Origin: Centroscyllium fabricii
Taxonomy: Eukaryota
Direction: 5' to 3'
Assembly (NCBI GenBank): GCA_051313645.2
Contig: JBNRSN020000118.1
Coordinates: 930,001 to 994,000, forward strand
Length of the DNA: 64,000 bases
Positions 45,601 through 60,600 of this stretch are shown here, one piece after another; position 1 is the first letter of the stretch, and each line of letters starts with the position of its first letter. Position numbers and translations under genes: made by a program. The notes beneath the pieces were generated by a model that searched no databases, had not been told where the DNA came from, and saw only the letters and a program-made list of their open reading frames with translations.

Positions 45601-48600
45601 ATCATGTTGCGGTGCACAATGTACAGATGTTCATCTTGTTGTGGTGCACACTGTACAGATGTTCATCATGTTGTGGTGCACACTGTACAGATGTTCAACA
45701 TGTGGTGGTGCACACTGTACAGATGTTCATCATGTTGTGGTGCACACTGTACAGATGTTCCTCATGTTGTGGTGCACACTGTACAGATGCTCATCATGAT
45801 GTGGTGCACACTGTACAGATGTTCATCTTGTTGTGGTGCACACTGTACAGATGTTCATCATTTTGTGGAGCACACTGTACAGATGTTCATCATGTTGTTT
45901 AGCACAATGTACAGATGTTCATCATGTTGTGGTGCACACTGTACAGATGTTCATCTTGTTGTGGTGCACACTGTACAGATGTTCATCGTGTTGTGTTGCA
46001 CACTGTACAGATGTTCATCTTGTTGTGGTGCACGAGGTACAGATGTTCATCATGTTGTGGTGCACATTGTACAGATGTTCATCTTGTTGTGGTGCACATT
46101 GTACAGATGTTCACCATGTTGTGGTGCACACTGTACAGATGCTCATCTTGTTGTGGTGCACACTGCACAGATGTTGATCATGTTGTAGTGCACACTGTGC
46201 AGATGTTCATCTTGTTGTGGTGCACACTGTACAGATGTTCATCTTGTTGTGGAGCACATTGTACAGATGTTCATCATGTTGTGGTGCATACTGTACAGAA
46301 GTAAATCTTGTTGTAGTGCACACTGTACAGATGTTCATCTTGTTGTGGTGCACACTGTACAGATGCTCATCTTGTTGTGGTGCAAACTGTACAGATGTTC
46401 ATCATGTTGTGGTACACACTGTACAGATGTTCATCATGTTGTGGTGATCACTGTACAGATGTTGACCTTGTTGTGGTGCACACTGTACAGATGTTCATCA
46501 TTTTGTGGTGCACACTGTACAGATGTTCATCATGTTGTGGTGCACACTGTACAGATGTTCACCTTTTTTGGTGCACACTGTACAGATGCTCATCTTGTTG
46601 TAGTGCAAACTGTACAGATGTTCATCATGTTGTGGTACACACGGTTCAGATGTTAATCATGTTGTGGTGCACACTGTACAGATGTTAATCTTGTTGTGGT
46701 GCACACTGTACAGATGTTCATCATGTTGTAGTGCACACTGTACGGATGTTCATCTTGTTGTGGTGCACACTGTACAGATGTTCATCTTGTTGAGGTGCAT
46801 ACTACACAGATGTTCATCATGTTGTGGTGCACACTGTACAGATGTACATCTTGTTGTGGTGCACACTGTACAGATGTTCATCATGTTGTGGTGCACACAG
46901 TACAGATGTTCATCATGTTGTGGTGCACACTGTACAGATGTTCATCATGTTGTGGTGCACACTGTACAGATGTTCACCTTGTGGTGTACACAGTACAGAT
47001 GTTCATCATGTTGTGGTGCACACTGTACAGATGTTCCTCATGTTGCGGTGCACACTGTACAGATGTTCATCATGTTGTGGTGCACACTGAACAGATGTTC
47101 AACTTGTTGTGGTGCACAATGTACAGATGTTCATCATGTTGTGGAGCACACTGTACAGATGTTCATCATGTTGTGGTGCACAATGTACAGATGTTCATCA
47201 TGTTGTGGTGCACACTTTACAGATGTTCATCATGTTGTGGTGCACACTGTACAGATGTTCATCATGTTGCGGTGCACAATGTACAGATGTTCATCTTGTT
47301 GTGGTGCACGCTGTACAGATGTTCATCATGTTGTGGTGCACACTGTACAGATGTTCAACATGTGGTGGTGCACACTGTACAGATGTTCATCATGTTGTGG
47401 TGCACACTGTACAGATGTTCATCATGTTGTGGTGCACACTGTACAGATGTTCATCATGTTGTGGTGCACACTGTACAGATGTTCATCATGTTGTGGTGCA
47501 CAATGTACAGATGTTCATCTTGTTGTGGTGCACACTGTACAGGTGTTCATCATGTTGTGGTGCACATTGTACAGATGTTCACCATGTTTTGGTGCACACT
47601 GTACATATGTTCATCATGTTGTGGTGCACACTGTAAAGATGTTCATCATGTTGTGGTGCACACTGTACAGATGTTCATCTTGTTGTGCTGCACATTCTAC
47701 AGATGTTCATCATGTTGTGGTACACATTGTACAGATGTTCATCATGTTGTGGTGCACACTGTATAGATGTTCAACATGTTGTGGTGCACACTGTACAGAT
47801 GTTCATCATGTTGTGGTGCACACTGTACAAATGTTCATCTTATTGTGTTGCACACTGTACAGATGTTCATCTTGTTGTGGTGCACACTGTACAGATGTTC
47901 ATCATGTTGTGGTGCACACTGTACAGATGTTCATCTTGTTGTGGTGCACACTGTACAGATGTTCATCTTGTTGTGGTGCACACTGTACAGATGTTCATCT
48001 TGTTGTGGTGCACACTGTACAGATGTTCATCATGTTGTGGTGCACACTGTACAGATGTACATCTCGTTGTGGTGCACACTGTACAGATGTTCATCATGTT
48101 GTGGTGCACACTGTACAGATGTTCATCATGTTGTGGTGCACACTGTACAGATGTTCATCATGTTGTGGTGCACACTGTACAGATGTTCACCTTCTTGTGG
48201 TGTACACAGTACAGATGTCCATCATGTTGAGGTGCACACATATACAGATGTTCCTCATGTTGTGGTGCACACTGTACAGATGTTCATCATGTTGTGGTGC
48301 ACACTGTACAGATGTTCATCTTGTTGTGGTGCACACTGTACAGATGTTCATCATGTTGTGGAGCACACTGTACAGATGTTCGTCATGTTGTGGTGCACAC
48401 TGTACAAATGTTCATCTTATTGTGTTGCACACTGTGCAGATGTTCATCTTGTTGTGGTGCACACTGTACAGATGTTCATCATGTTGTGGTGCACACTGTA
48501 CAGATGTTCATCTTGTTGTGGTGCACACTGTACAGATGTTCATCTTGTTGTGGTGCACACTGTACAGATGTTCATCATATTGTTGGTGCACACTGTACAG

Positions 48601-51600
48601 ATGTCCATCTTGTTGTGGTGCACACTGTACAGATGTACATCATGTTGTGGTGCACACTGTACAGATGTTCATCATGTTGTGGTGCACACTGTACAGATGT
48701 TCACCTTTTTTGGTGCACACTGTACAGATGCTCATCTTGTTTTGGTGCAAACTGTACAGATGTTCATCATGTTGTAGTACACACTGTACAGATGTTCATC
48801 ATGCTGTGGTGCACACTGTACAGATGTTCATCTTGTTGTGGTGCACACTGTACAGATGTTCATCATGTTGTGGTGCACATTGTACAGATGTGCATCTTGT
48901 TGTGGTGCACACTGTACAGATGTTCATCATGTTGTGGTGCACACTTTACAGATGTTCATCATGTTGTGGTGCACACTGTACAGATGTTCATCATGTTGTG
49001 GTGCACACTGTACAGATGTTCACCTTCTTGTGGTGTACACAGTACAGATGTTCATCATGTTGTGGTGCACACTGTACAGATGTTCCTCATGGTGTGGTGC
49101 ACACTGTACAGATGTTCATCATGTTGTGGTGCACACTGTACAGATGTTCATCTTTTTGTGGTGCACGCTGTACAGATGTTCATCATGTTGTGGAGCACAC
49201 TGTACAGATGTTCATCATGTTGTGGTGCACAATGTACAGATGTTCATCATGTTGTGGTGCACACTGTACAGATGTTCATCTTGTTGTGATGCACACTGTA
49301 CAGATGTTCATCGTGTGGTGTTGCACACTGCACAGATATTCATCTTGTTGTGTTGCACACGGTACAGATGTTCATCATGTTGTGGTGCACATTGTACAGA
49401 TGTTCATCTTGTTGTGGTGCACATTGTACAGATGATCACCATGTTGTGGTGCACACTTTACAGATGTTCATCTTGTTGTTGTGCACACTGTACAGATGTT
49501 CATCATGTTGTAGTGCACACTGTGCAGATGTTCATCTTGTTGTGGTGCACACTGTACAGATGTTCATCTTGTTGTGGAGCACATTGTACAGATGTTCATC
49601 ATGTTGTGGTGCATACTGTACAGATGTAAATATTGTTGTGGTGCACACTGTACAGATGTTCATCATGTTGTGGTGCACACTTTACAGATGTTCATCATGC
49701 TGTTGTACACACTGTACAGATGCTCATCTTGTTGTGGTGCAAACTGTACAGATGTTCATCATGTTGTGGTACACACTGTACAGATGTTCATCATGTTGTG
49801 GTGCACACTGTACAGATGTTCATCTTGTTGTGGTGCACACTGTACAGATGTTCATCATGTTGTGGTGCACACTGTACAGATGTTCATCATGTTGTGGTGC
49901 ACACTGTACAGATGTTCACATTTTTGGTGCACACTGTACAGAAGCTCATCTTGTTGTGGTGCAATATGTACAGATGTTCATCATGTTGTGGTACACACTG
50001 TACAGATGTTCATCATGTTGTGGTGCACACTACAGATGTTAATCTTGTTGTGGTGCACAATGTACAGATGTTCATCATGTTGTATTGCACACTGTACGGA
50101 TGTTCATCTTGTTGTGGTGCACACTGTACAGATGTTCATCTTGTTGAGGTGCACACTCCACAGATGTTCATCATGTTGTGGTGCACACTGTACAGATGTA
50201 CATCTTGTTGTGGAGCACACTGTACAGATGTTCATCATGTTATGGTGCACACTGTACAGATGTTCATCGTGTTGTGGTGCACACCGTACAGATGTTCATC
50301 ATGTTGTGGTGCACACTGTACAGATGTTCACCTTCTTGTGGTGTACACAGTACAGATGTTCATCATGTTGTGGTGCACACTGTACAGATGTTCCTCATGT
50401 TGTGGTGCACACTGTACAGATGTTCTTCATGTTGTGGTGCACACTGTACAGATGTTCATCTTGTTGTGGTGCACAATGTACAGATGTTCATCATGTTGTG
50501 GAGCACACTGTACAGATGTTCATCATGTTGTGGTGCACAATGTACAGATGTTCATCATGTTGTGGTGCACACTGTACAGATGTCCATCGTGTTGTGTTGC
50601 ACACTGTACAGGTGTTCATCTTGTTGTGTTGCACACGGTACAGATGTTCATCATGTTGTGGTGCACATTGTACAGATGTTCATCTTGTTGTGGTGCACTT
50701 TGTACAGATGCTCACGATGTTGTGGTGCACACTGTACAGATGTTCATCTTGTTGTTGTGCACACTGTACAGATGTTCATCATGATGTAGTGCACACTGTG
50801 CAGATGTTCATCTTGTTGTGGTGCACACTGTACAGATGTTCATCTTGTTGTGGAGCACATTGTACAGATGTTCATCATGTTGTGGTGCATACTGTACAGA
50901 TGTAAATCTTGTTGTGGTGCACACTGTACAGATGTTCATCTTGTTGTGCTGCACATTCTACAGATGTTCATCATGTTGTGGTACACATTGTACAGATGTT
51001 CATCATGTTGTGGTGCACACTGTATAGATGTTCAACATGTTGTGGTGCACACTGTACAGATGTTCATCATGTTGTGGTGCACACTGTACAAATGTTCATC
51101 TTATTGTGTTGCACACTGTACAGATGTTCATCTTGTTGTGGTGCACACTGTACAGATGTTCATCATGTTGTGGTGCACACTGTACAGATGTTCATCTTGT
51201 TGTGGTGCACACTGTACAGATGTTCATCTTGTTGTGGTGCACACTGTACAGATGTTCATCTTGTTGTGGTGCACACTGTACAGATGTTCATCATGTTGTG
51301 GTGCACACTGTACAGATGTACATCTCGTTGTGGTGCACACTGTACAGATGTTCATCATGTTGTGGTGCACACTGTACAGATGTTCATCATGTTGTGGTGC
51401 ACACTGTACAGATGTTCATCATGTTGTGGTGCACACTGTACAGATGTTCACCTTCTTGTGGTGTACACAGTACAGATGTCCATCATGTTGAGGTGCACAC
51501 TGTACAGATGTTCCTCATGTTGTGGTGCACACTGTACAGATGTTCATCATGTTGTGGTGCACACTGTACAGATGTTCATCTTGTTGTGGTGCACACTGTA

Positions 51601-54600
51601 CAGATGTTCATCATGTTGTGGAGCACACTGTACAGATGTTCATCATGTTGTGGTGCACACTGTACAAATGTTCATCTTATTGTGTTGCACACTGTGCAGA
51701 TGTTCATCTTGTTGTGGTGCACACTGTACAGATGTTCATCATGTTGTGGTGCACACTGTACAGATGTTCATCTTGTTGTGGTGCACACTGTACAGATGTT
51801 CATCTTGTTGTGGTGCACACTGTACAGATGTTCATCATATTGTTGGTGCACACTGTACAGATGTCCATCTTGTTGTGGTGCACACTGTACAGATGTACAT
51901 CATGTTGTGGTGCACACTGTACAGATGTTCATCATGTTGTGGTGCACACTGTACAGATGTTCACCTTTTTTGGTGCACACTGTACAGATGCTCATCTTGT
52001 TTTGGTGCAAACTGTACAGATGTTCATCATGTTGTAGTACACACTGTACAGATGTTCATCATGCTGTGGTGCACACTGTACAGATGTTCATCTTGTTGTG
52101 GTGCACACTGTACAGATGTTCATCATGTTGTGGTGCACACTGTACAGATGTGCATCTTGTTGTGGTGCACACTGTACAGATGTTCATCATGTTGTGGTGC
52201 ACACTTTACAGATGTTCATCATGTTGTGGTGCACACTGTACAGATGTTCATCATGTTGTGGTGCACACTGTACAGATGTTCACCTTCTTGTGGTGTACAC
52301 AGTACAGATGTTCATCATGTTGTGGTGCACACTGTACAGATGTTCCTCATGGTGTGGTGCACACTGTACAGATGTTCATCATGTTGTGGTGCACACTGTA
52401 CAGATGTTCATCTTTTTGTGGTGCACGCTGTACAGATGTTCATCATGTTGTGGAGCACACTCTACAGATGTTCATCATGTTGTGGTGCACAATGTACAGA
52501 TGTTCATCATGTTGTGGTGCACACTGTACAGATGTTCATCTTGTTGTGATGCACACTGTACAGATGTTCATCGTGTGGTGTTGCACACTGCACAGATATT
52601 CATCTTGTTGTGTTGCACACGGTACAGATGTTCATCATGTTGTGGTGCACATTGTACAGATGTTCATCTTGTTGTGGTGCACATTGTACAGATGATCACC
52701 ATGTTGTGGTGCACATTTTACAGATGTTCATCTTGTTGTTGTGCACACTGTACAGATGTTCATCATGTTGTAGTGCACACTGTGCAGATGTTCATCTTGT
52801 TGTGGTGCACACTGTACAGATGTTCATCTTGTTGTGGAGCACATTGTACAGATGTTCATCATGTTGTGGTGCATACTGTACAGATGTAAATATTGTTGTG
52901 GTGCACACTGTACAGATGTTCATCATGTTGTGGTGCACACTTTACAGATGTTCATCATGCTGTTGTACACACTGTACAGATGCTCATCTTGTTGTGGTGC
53001 AAACTGTACAGATGTTCATCATGTTGTGGTACACACTGTACAGATGTTCATCATGTTGTGGTGCACACTGTACAGATGTTCATCTTGTTGTGGTGCACAC
53101 TGTACAGATGTTCATCATGTTGTGGTGCACACTGTACAGATGTTCATCATGTTGTGGTGCACACTGTACAGAAGCTCATCTTGTTGTGGTGCAATATGTA
53201 CAGATGTTCATCATGTTGTGGTACACACTGTACAGATGTTCATCATGTTGTGGTGCACACTACAGATGTTAATCTTGTTGTGGTGCACAATGTACAGATG
53301 TTCATCATGTTGTATTGCACACTGTACGGATGTTCATCTTGTTGTGGTGCACACTGTACAGATGTTCATCTTGTTGAGGTGCACACTACACAGATGTTCA
53401 TCATGTTGTGGTGCACACTGTACAGATGTACATCTTGTTGTGGAGCACACTGTACAGATGTTCATCATGTTATGGTGCACACTGTACAGATGTTCATCGT
53501 GTTGTGGTGCACACCGTACAGATGTTCATCATGTTGTGGTGCACACTGTACAGATGTTCACCTTCTTGTGGTGTACACAGTACAGATGTTCATCATGTTG
53601 TGGTGCACACTGTACAGATGTTCCTCATGTTGTGGTGCACACTGTACAGATGTTCATCATGTTGTGGTGCACACTGTACAGATGTTCATCTTGTTGTGGT
53701 GCACAATGTACAGATGTTCATCATGTTGTGGAGCACACTGTACAGATGTTCATCATGTTGTGGTGCACAATGTACAGATGTTCATCATGTTGTGGTGCAC
53801 ACTGTACAGATGTCCATCGTGTTGTGTTGCACACTGTACAGGTGTTCATCTTGTTGTGTTGCACACGGTACAGATGTTCATCATGTTGTGGTGCACATTG
53901 TACAGATGTTCATCTTGTTGTGGTGCACATTGTACAGATGCTCACGATGTTGTGGTGCACACTGTACAGATGTTCATCTTGTTGTTGTGCACACTGTACA
54001 GATGTTCATCATGTTGTAGTGCACACTGTGCAGATGTTCATCTTGTTGTGGTGCACACTGTACAGATGTTCATCTTGTTGTGGAGCACATTGTACAGATG
54101 TTCATCATGTTGTGGTGCATACTGTACAGATGTAAATCTTGTTGTGGTGCACACTGTACAGATGTTCATCATGTTGTGGTGCACACTTTACAGATGTTCA
54201 TCATGCTGTTGTACACACTGTACAGATGCTCATCTTGTTGTGGTGCAAACTGTACAGATGTACATCATGTTGTGGTGCACACTGTACAGATGTTCATCAT
54301 GTTGTGGTGCACACTGTACAGATGTTCACCTTTTTTGGTGCACACTGTACAGATGCTCATCTTGTTTTGGTGCAAACTGTACAGATGTTCATCATGTTGT
54401 AGTACACACTGTACAGATGTTCATCATGCTGTGGTGCACACTGTACAGATGTTCATCTTGTTGTGGTGCACACTGTACAGATGTTCATCATGTTGTGGTG
54501 CACACTGTACAGATGTGCATCTTGTTGTGGTGCACACTGTACAGATGTTCATCATGTTGTGGTGCACACTTTACAGATGTTCATCATGTTGTGGTGCACA

Positions 54601-57600
54601 CTGTACAGATGTTCATCATGTTGTGGTGCACACTGTACAGATGTTCACCTTCTTGTGGTGTACACAGTACAGATGTTCATCATGTTGTGGTGCACACTGT
54701 ACAGATGTTCCTCATGGTGTGGTGCACACTGTACAGATGTTCATCATGTTGTGGTGCACACTGTACAGATGTTCATCTTTTTGTGGTGCACGCTGTACAG
54801 ATGTTCATCATGTTGTGGAGCACACTGTACAGATGTTCATCATGTTGTGGTGCACAATGTACAGATGTTCATCATGTTGTGGTGCACACTGTACAGATGT
54901 TCATCTTGTTGTGATGCACACTGTACAGATGTTCATCGTGTGGTGTTGCACACTGCACAGATATTCATCTTGTTGTGTTGCACACGGTACAGATGTTCAT
55001 CATGTTGTGGTGCACATTGTACAGATGTTCATCTTGTTGTGGTGCACATTGTACAGATGATCACCATGTTGTGGTGCACACTTTACAGATGTTCATCTTG
55101 TTGATGTGCACACTGTACAGATGTTCATCATGTTGTAGTGCACACTGTGCAGATGTTCATCTTGTTGTGGTGCACACTGTACAGATGTTCATCTTGTTGT
55201 GGAGCACATTGTACAGATGTTCATCATGTTGTGGTGCATACTGTACAGATGTAAATATTGTTGTGGTGCACACTGTACAGATGTTCATCATGTTGTGGTG
55301 CACACTTTACAGATGTTCATCATGCTGTTGTACACACTGTACAGATGCTCATCTTGTTGTGGTGCAAACTGTACAGATGTTCATCATGTTGTGGTACACA
55401 CTGTACAGATGTTCATCATGTTGTGGTGCACACTGTACAGATGTTCATCTTGTTGTGGTGCACACTGTACAGATGTTCATCATGTTGTGGTGCACACTGT
55501 ACAGATGTTCATCATGTTGTGGTGCACACTGTACAGATGTTCACATTTTTGGTGCACACTGTACAGAAGCTCATCTTGTTGTGGTGCAATATGTACAGAT
55601 GTTCATCATGTTGTGGTACACACTGTACAGATGTTCATCATGTTGTGGTGCACACTACAGATGTTAATCTTGTTGTGGTGCACAATGTACAGATGTTCAT
55701 CATGTTGTATTGCACACTGTACGGATGTTCATCTTGTTGTGGTGCACACTGTACAGATGTTCATCTTGTTGAGGTGCACACTACACAGATGTTCATCATG
55801 TTGTGGTGCACACTGTACAGATGTACATCTTGTTGTGGAGCACACTGTACAGATGTTCATCATGTTATGGTGCACACTGTACAGATGTTCATCGTGTTGT
55901 GGTGCACACCGTACAGATGCTCATCATGTTGTGGTGCACACTGTACAGATGTTCACCTTCTTGTGGTGTACACAGTACAGATGTTCATCATGTTGTGGTG
56001 CACACTGTACAGATGTTCCTCATGTTGTGGTGCACACTGTACAGATGTTCATCATGTTGTGGTGCACACTGTACAGATGTTCATCTTGTTGTGGTGCACA
56101 ATGTACAGATGTTCATCATGTTGTGGAGCACACTGTACAGATGTTCATCATGTTGTGGTGCACAATGTACAGATGTTCATCATGTTGTGGTGCACACTGT
56201 ACCGATGTCCATCGTGTTGTGTTGCACACTGTACAGGTGTTCACCTTGTTGTGTTGCACACGGTACAGATGTTCATCATGTTGTGGTGCACATTGTACAG
56301 ATGTTCATCTTGTTGTGGTGCACATTGTACAGATGCTCACGATGTTGTGGTGCACACTGTACAGATGTTCATCTTGTTGTTGTGCACACTGTACAGATGT
56401 TCATCATGTTGTAGTGCACACTGTGCAGATGTTCATCTTGTTGTGGTGCACACTGTACAGATGTTCATCTTGTTGTGGAGCACATTGTACAGATGTTCAT
56501 CATGTTGTGGTGCATACTGTACAGATGTAAATCTTGTTGTGGTGCACACTGTACAGATGTTCATCATGTTGTGGTGCACACTTTACAGATGTTCATCATG
56601 CTGTTGTACACACTGTACAGATGCTCATCTTGTTGTGGTGCAAACTGTACAGATGTTCATCATGTTGTGGTACACATTGTACAGATGTTCATCATGTTGT
56701 GGTGCACACTGTACAGATGTTCATCTTGTTGTGGTGCACACTGTACAGATGTTCATCATGTTGTGGTGCACACTGTACAGATGTTCATCATGTTGTGGTG
56801 CACACTGTACAGATGTTCACCTTTTTTGTTGCACACTGTACAGATGCTCATCTTGTTGTGGTGCAAACTGTACAGATGTTCATCATGTTGTGGTACACAC
56901 TGTACAGATGTTAATCTTGTTGTGGTGCACAATGTACAGATGTTCATCATGTTGTGGTGCACACTGTACAGATGTTCATCATGTTGTGGTGCACACTGTA
57001 CAGATGTTCATCATGTTGTGGTGCACACTGTACAGATGTTCACCTTCTTGTGGTGTACACAGTACAGTTGTTCATCATGTTGTGCTGCACACTGTACAGA
57101 TGTTCCTCATGGTGTGGTGCACACTGTACAGATGTTCATCATGTTGTGGTGCACACTGTACGGATGTTCATCTTGTTGTGGTGCACGCTGTACAGATGTT
57201 CATCATGTTGTGGAGCACACTGTACAGATGTTCATCATGTTGTGGTGCACAATGTACAGATGTTCATCATGTTGTGGTGCACACTGTACAGATGTTCATC
57301 TTGTTGTGGTGAACACTGTACAGATGTTCATCGTGTTGTGTTGCACACTGTACAGATGTTCATCTTGTTGTGTTGCACACGGTACAGATGTTCATCATGT
57401 TGTGGTGCACATTGTACAGATGTTCATCTTGTTGTGGTGCACATTGTACAGATGTTCACCATGTTGTGGTGCACACTGTACAGATGTTCATCTTGTTGTT
57501 GTGCACACTGTACAGATGTTCATCTTGTTGTGGAGCACATTGTGCAGATGTTCATCATGTTGTGGTGCATACTGTACAGATGTAAATATTGTTGTGGTGA

Positions 57601-60600
57601 ACACTGTACAGATGTTCATCATGTTGTGGTGCACACTTTACAGATGTTCATCATGCTGTTGTACACACTGTACAGATGCTCATCTTGTTGTGGTGCAAAC
57701 TGTACAGATGTTCATCATGTTGTGGTACACACTGTACAGATGTTCATCATGTTGTGGTGCACACTGTACAGATGTTCATCTTGTTGTGGTGCACGCTGTA
57801 CATATGTTCATCAGGTTGTGGTGCACACTGTACAGATGTTCATCATGTTGTGGTGCACACTGTACAGATGTTCACATTTTTGGTGCACACTGTACAGATG
57901 CTCATCTTGTTGTGGTGCAAAATGTAGAGATGTACATCATGTTGTGGTACACACTGTACAGATGTTCATCATGTTGTGGTGCACACTTTACAGATGTTAA
58001 TCTTGTTGTGGTGCACAATGTACAGATGTTCATCATGTTGTATTGCACACTGTACGGATGTTCATCTTGTTGTGGTGCACACTACACAGATGTTCATCAT
58101 GTTGACGTGCACACTGTACAGATGTACATCTTGTTGTGGTGCACACTGTACAGATGTTCATCATGTTGTGGTGCACACTGTACAGATGTTCATCGTGTTG
58201 TGGTGCACACTGTACAGATGTTCATCATGTTGTGGTGCACACTGTACAGATGTTCAGCTTTTTGTGGTGTACACAGTACAGATGTTCATCATGTTGTGGT
58301 GCACACTGTACAGATGTTCCTCATGTTGTGGTGCACACTGTACAGATGTTCATCATGTTGTGGTGCACACTGTACAGATGTTCATCTTGTTGTGGTGCAC
58401 AATGTACAGATGTTCATCATGTTGTGGAGCACACTGTACAGATGTTCATCATGTTGTGGTGCACAATGTACAGATGTTCATCATGTTGTGGTGCACACTG
58501 TACAGATGTTCATCGTGTTGTGTTGCACACTGTACAGATGTTCATCTTGTTGTGGTGCACACGGTAGAGATGTTCATCATGTTGTGGTGCACACTTTACA
58601 GATGTTAATCTTGTTGTGGTGCACAATGTACAGATGTTCATCATGTTGAAGTGCACACTGTACGGATGTTCATCTTGTTGTGGTGCAGTCTGTACAGATG
58701 TTCATCTTGTTGATGTGCACACTACACAGATGTTCATCATGTTGTGGTGCACACTGTACAGATGTACATCTTGTTGTGGTGCACACTGTAGAGATGTTCA
58801 TCATGTTGTGGTGCACACTGTACAGATGTTCATCATTTTGTGGTGCACACTGTACAGATGTTCATCATGTTGTGGTGCACACTGTACAGATGTTCACCTT
58901 CTTGTGGTGTACACAGTACAGATGTTCATCATGTTGTGGTGCACACTGTACAGATGTTCCTCATGGTGTGGTGTACACTGTACAGGTGTTCATCATGTTG
59001 TGGTGCACACTGTACAGATGTTCATCTTGTTGTGGTGCACGCTGTACAGATGTTCATCATGTTGTGGAGCACACTGTACAGATGTTCATCATGTTGTGGT
59101 GCACAATGTACAGATGTTCATCATGTTGTGGTGCACACTGTACAGATGTTAATCTTGTTGTGGTGCACACTGTACAGATGTTCATCGTGTTGTGTTGCAC
59201 ACTGTACAGATGTTCATCTTGTTGTGTTGCACACGGTACAGATGTTCATCATGTTGTGGTGCACATTGTACAGATGTTCATCTTGTTGTGGTGCACATTT
59301 TACAGATGTTCACCATGTTGTGGTGCACACTGTACAGATGTTCATCTTGTTGTTGTGCACACTGTACAGATGTTCATCATTTTGTAGTGCACACTGTGCA
59401 GATGTTCATCTTGTTGTGGTGCACACTGTACAGATGTTCATCTTGTTGTGGAGCACATTGTACAGATGTTCATCATGTTGTGGTGCATACTGTACAGATG
59501 TAAATATTGTTGTGGTGCACACTGTACAGATGTTCATCATGTTGTGGTGCACACTTTACAGATGTTCATCATGCTGTTGTACACATTGTACAGATGCTCA
59601 TCTTGTTGTGGTGCAAACTGTACAGATGTTCATCATGTTGTGGTACACACTGTACAGATGTTCATCATGTTGTGGTGCACACTGTACAGATGTTCATCTT
59701 GTTGTGGTGCACACTGTACAGATGTTCATCATGTTGTGGTGCACACTGTACAGATGTTCATCATGTTGTGGTGCACACTGTACAGATGTTCACATTTTTG
59801 GTGCACACTGTACAGATGCTCATATTGTTGTGGTGCAAAATGTACAGATGTTCATCATGTTGTGGTACACACTGTACAGATGTTCATCATGTTGTGGTGC
59901 ACACTTTACAGATGTTAATCTTGTTGTGGTACACAATGTACAGATGTTCATCATGTTGTATTGCACACTGTACGGATGTTCATCTTGTTGTGGTGCACAC
60001 TGTACAGATGTTCATCTTGTTGAGGTGCACACTACACAGATGTTCATCATGTTGTGGTGCACACTGTACAGATGTACATCTTGTTGTGGTGCACACTGTA
60101 CAGATGTTCATCATGTTGTGGTGCACACTGTACAGATGTTCATCGTGTTGTGGTGCACACTGTACAGATGTTCATCATGTTGTGGTGCACACTGTACAGA
60201 TGTTCGCCTTTTTGTGGTGTACACAGTACAGATGTTCATCATGTTGTGGTGCACACTGTACAGATGTTCCTCATGTTGTGGTGCACACTGTACAGATGTT
60301 CATCATGTTGTGGTGCACACTGTACAGATGTTCATCTTGTTGTGGTGCACAATGTACAGATGTTCATCATGTTGTGGAGCACACTGTACAGATGTTCATC
60401 ATGTTGTGGTGCACAATGTACAGATGTACATCATGCTGTGGTGCACACTGTACAGATGTTCATCGTGTTGTGTTGCACACTGTACAGATGTTCATCTTGA
60501 TGTGGTGCACACGGTAGAGATTTTCATCATGTTGTGGTGCACACTTTACAGATGTTAATCTTGTTGTGGTGCACAATGTACAGATGTTCATCATGTTGTA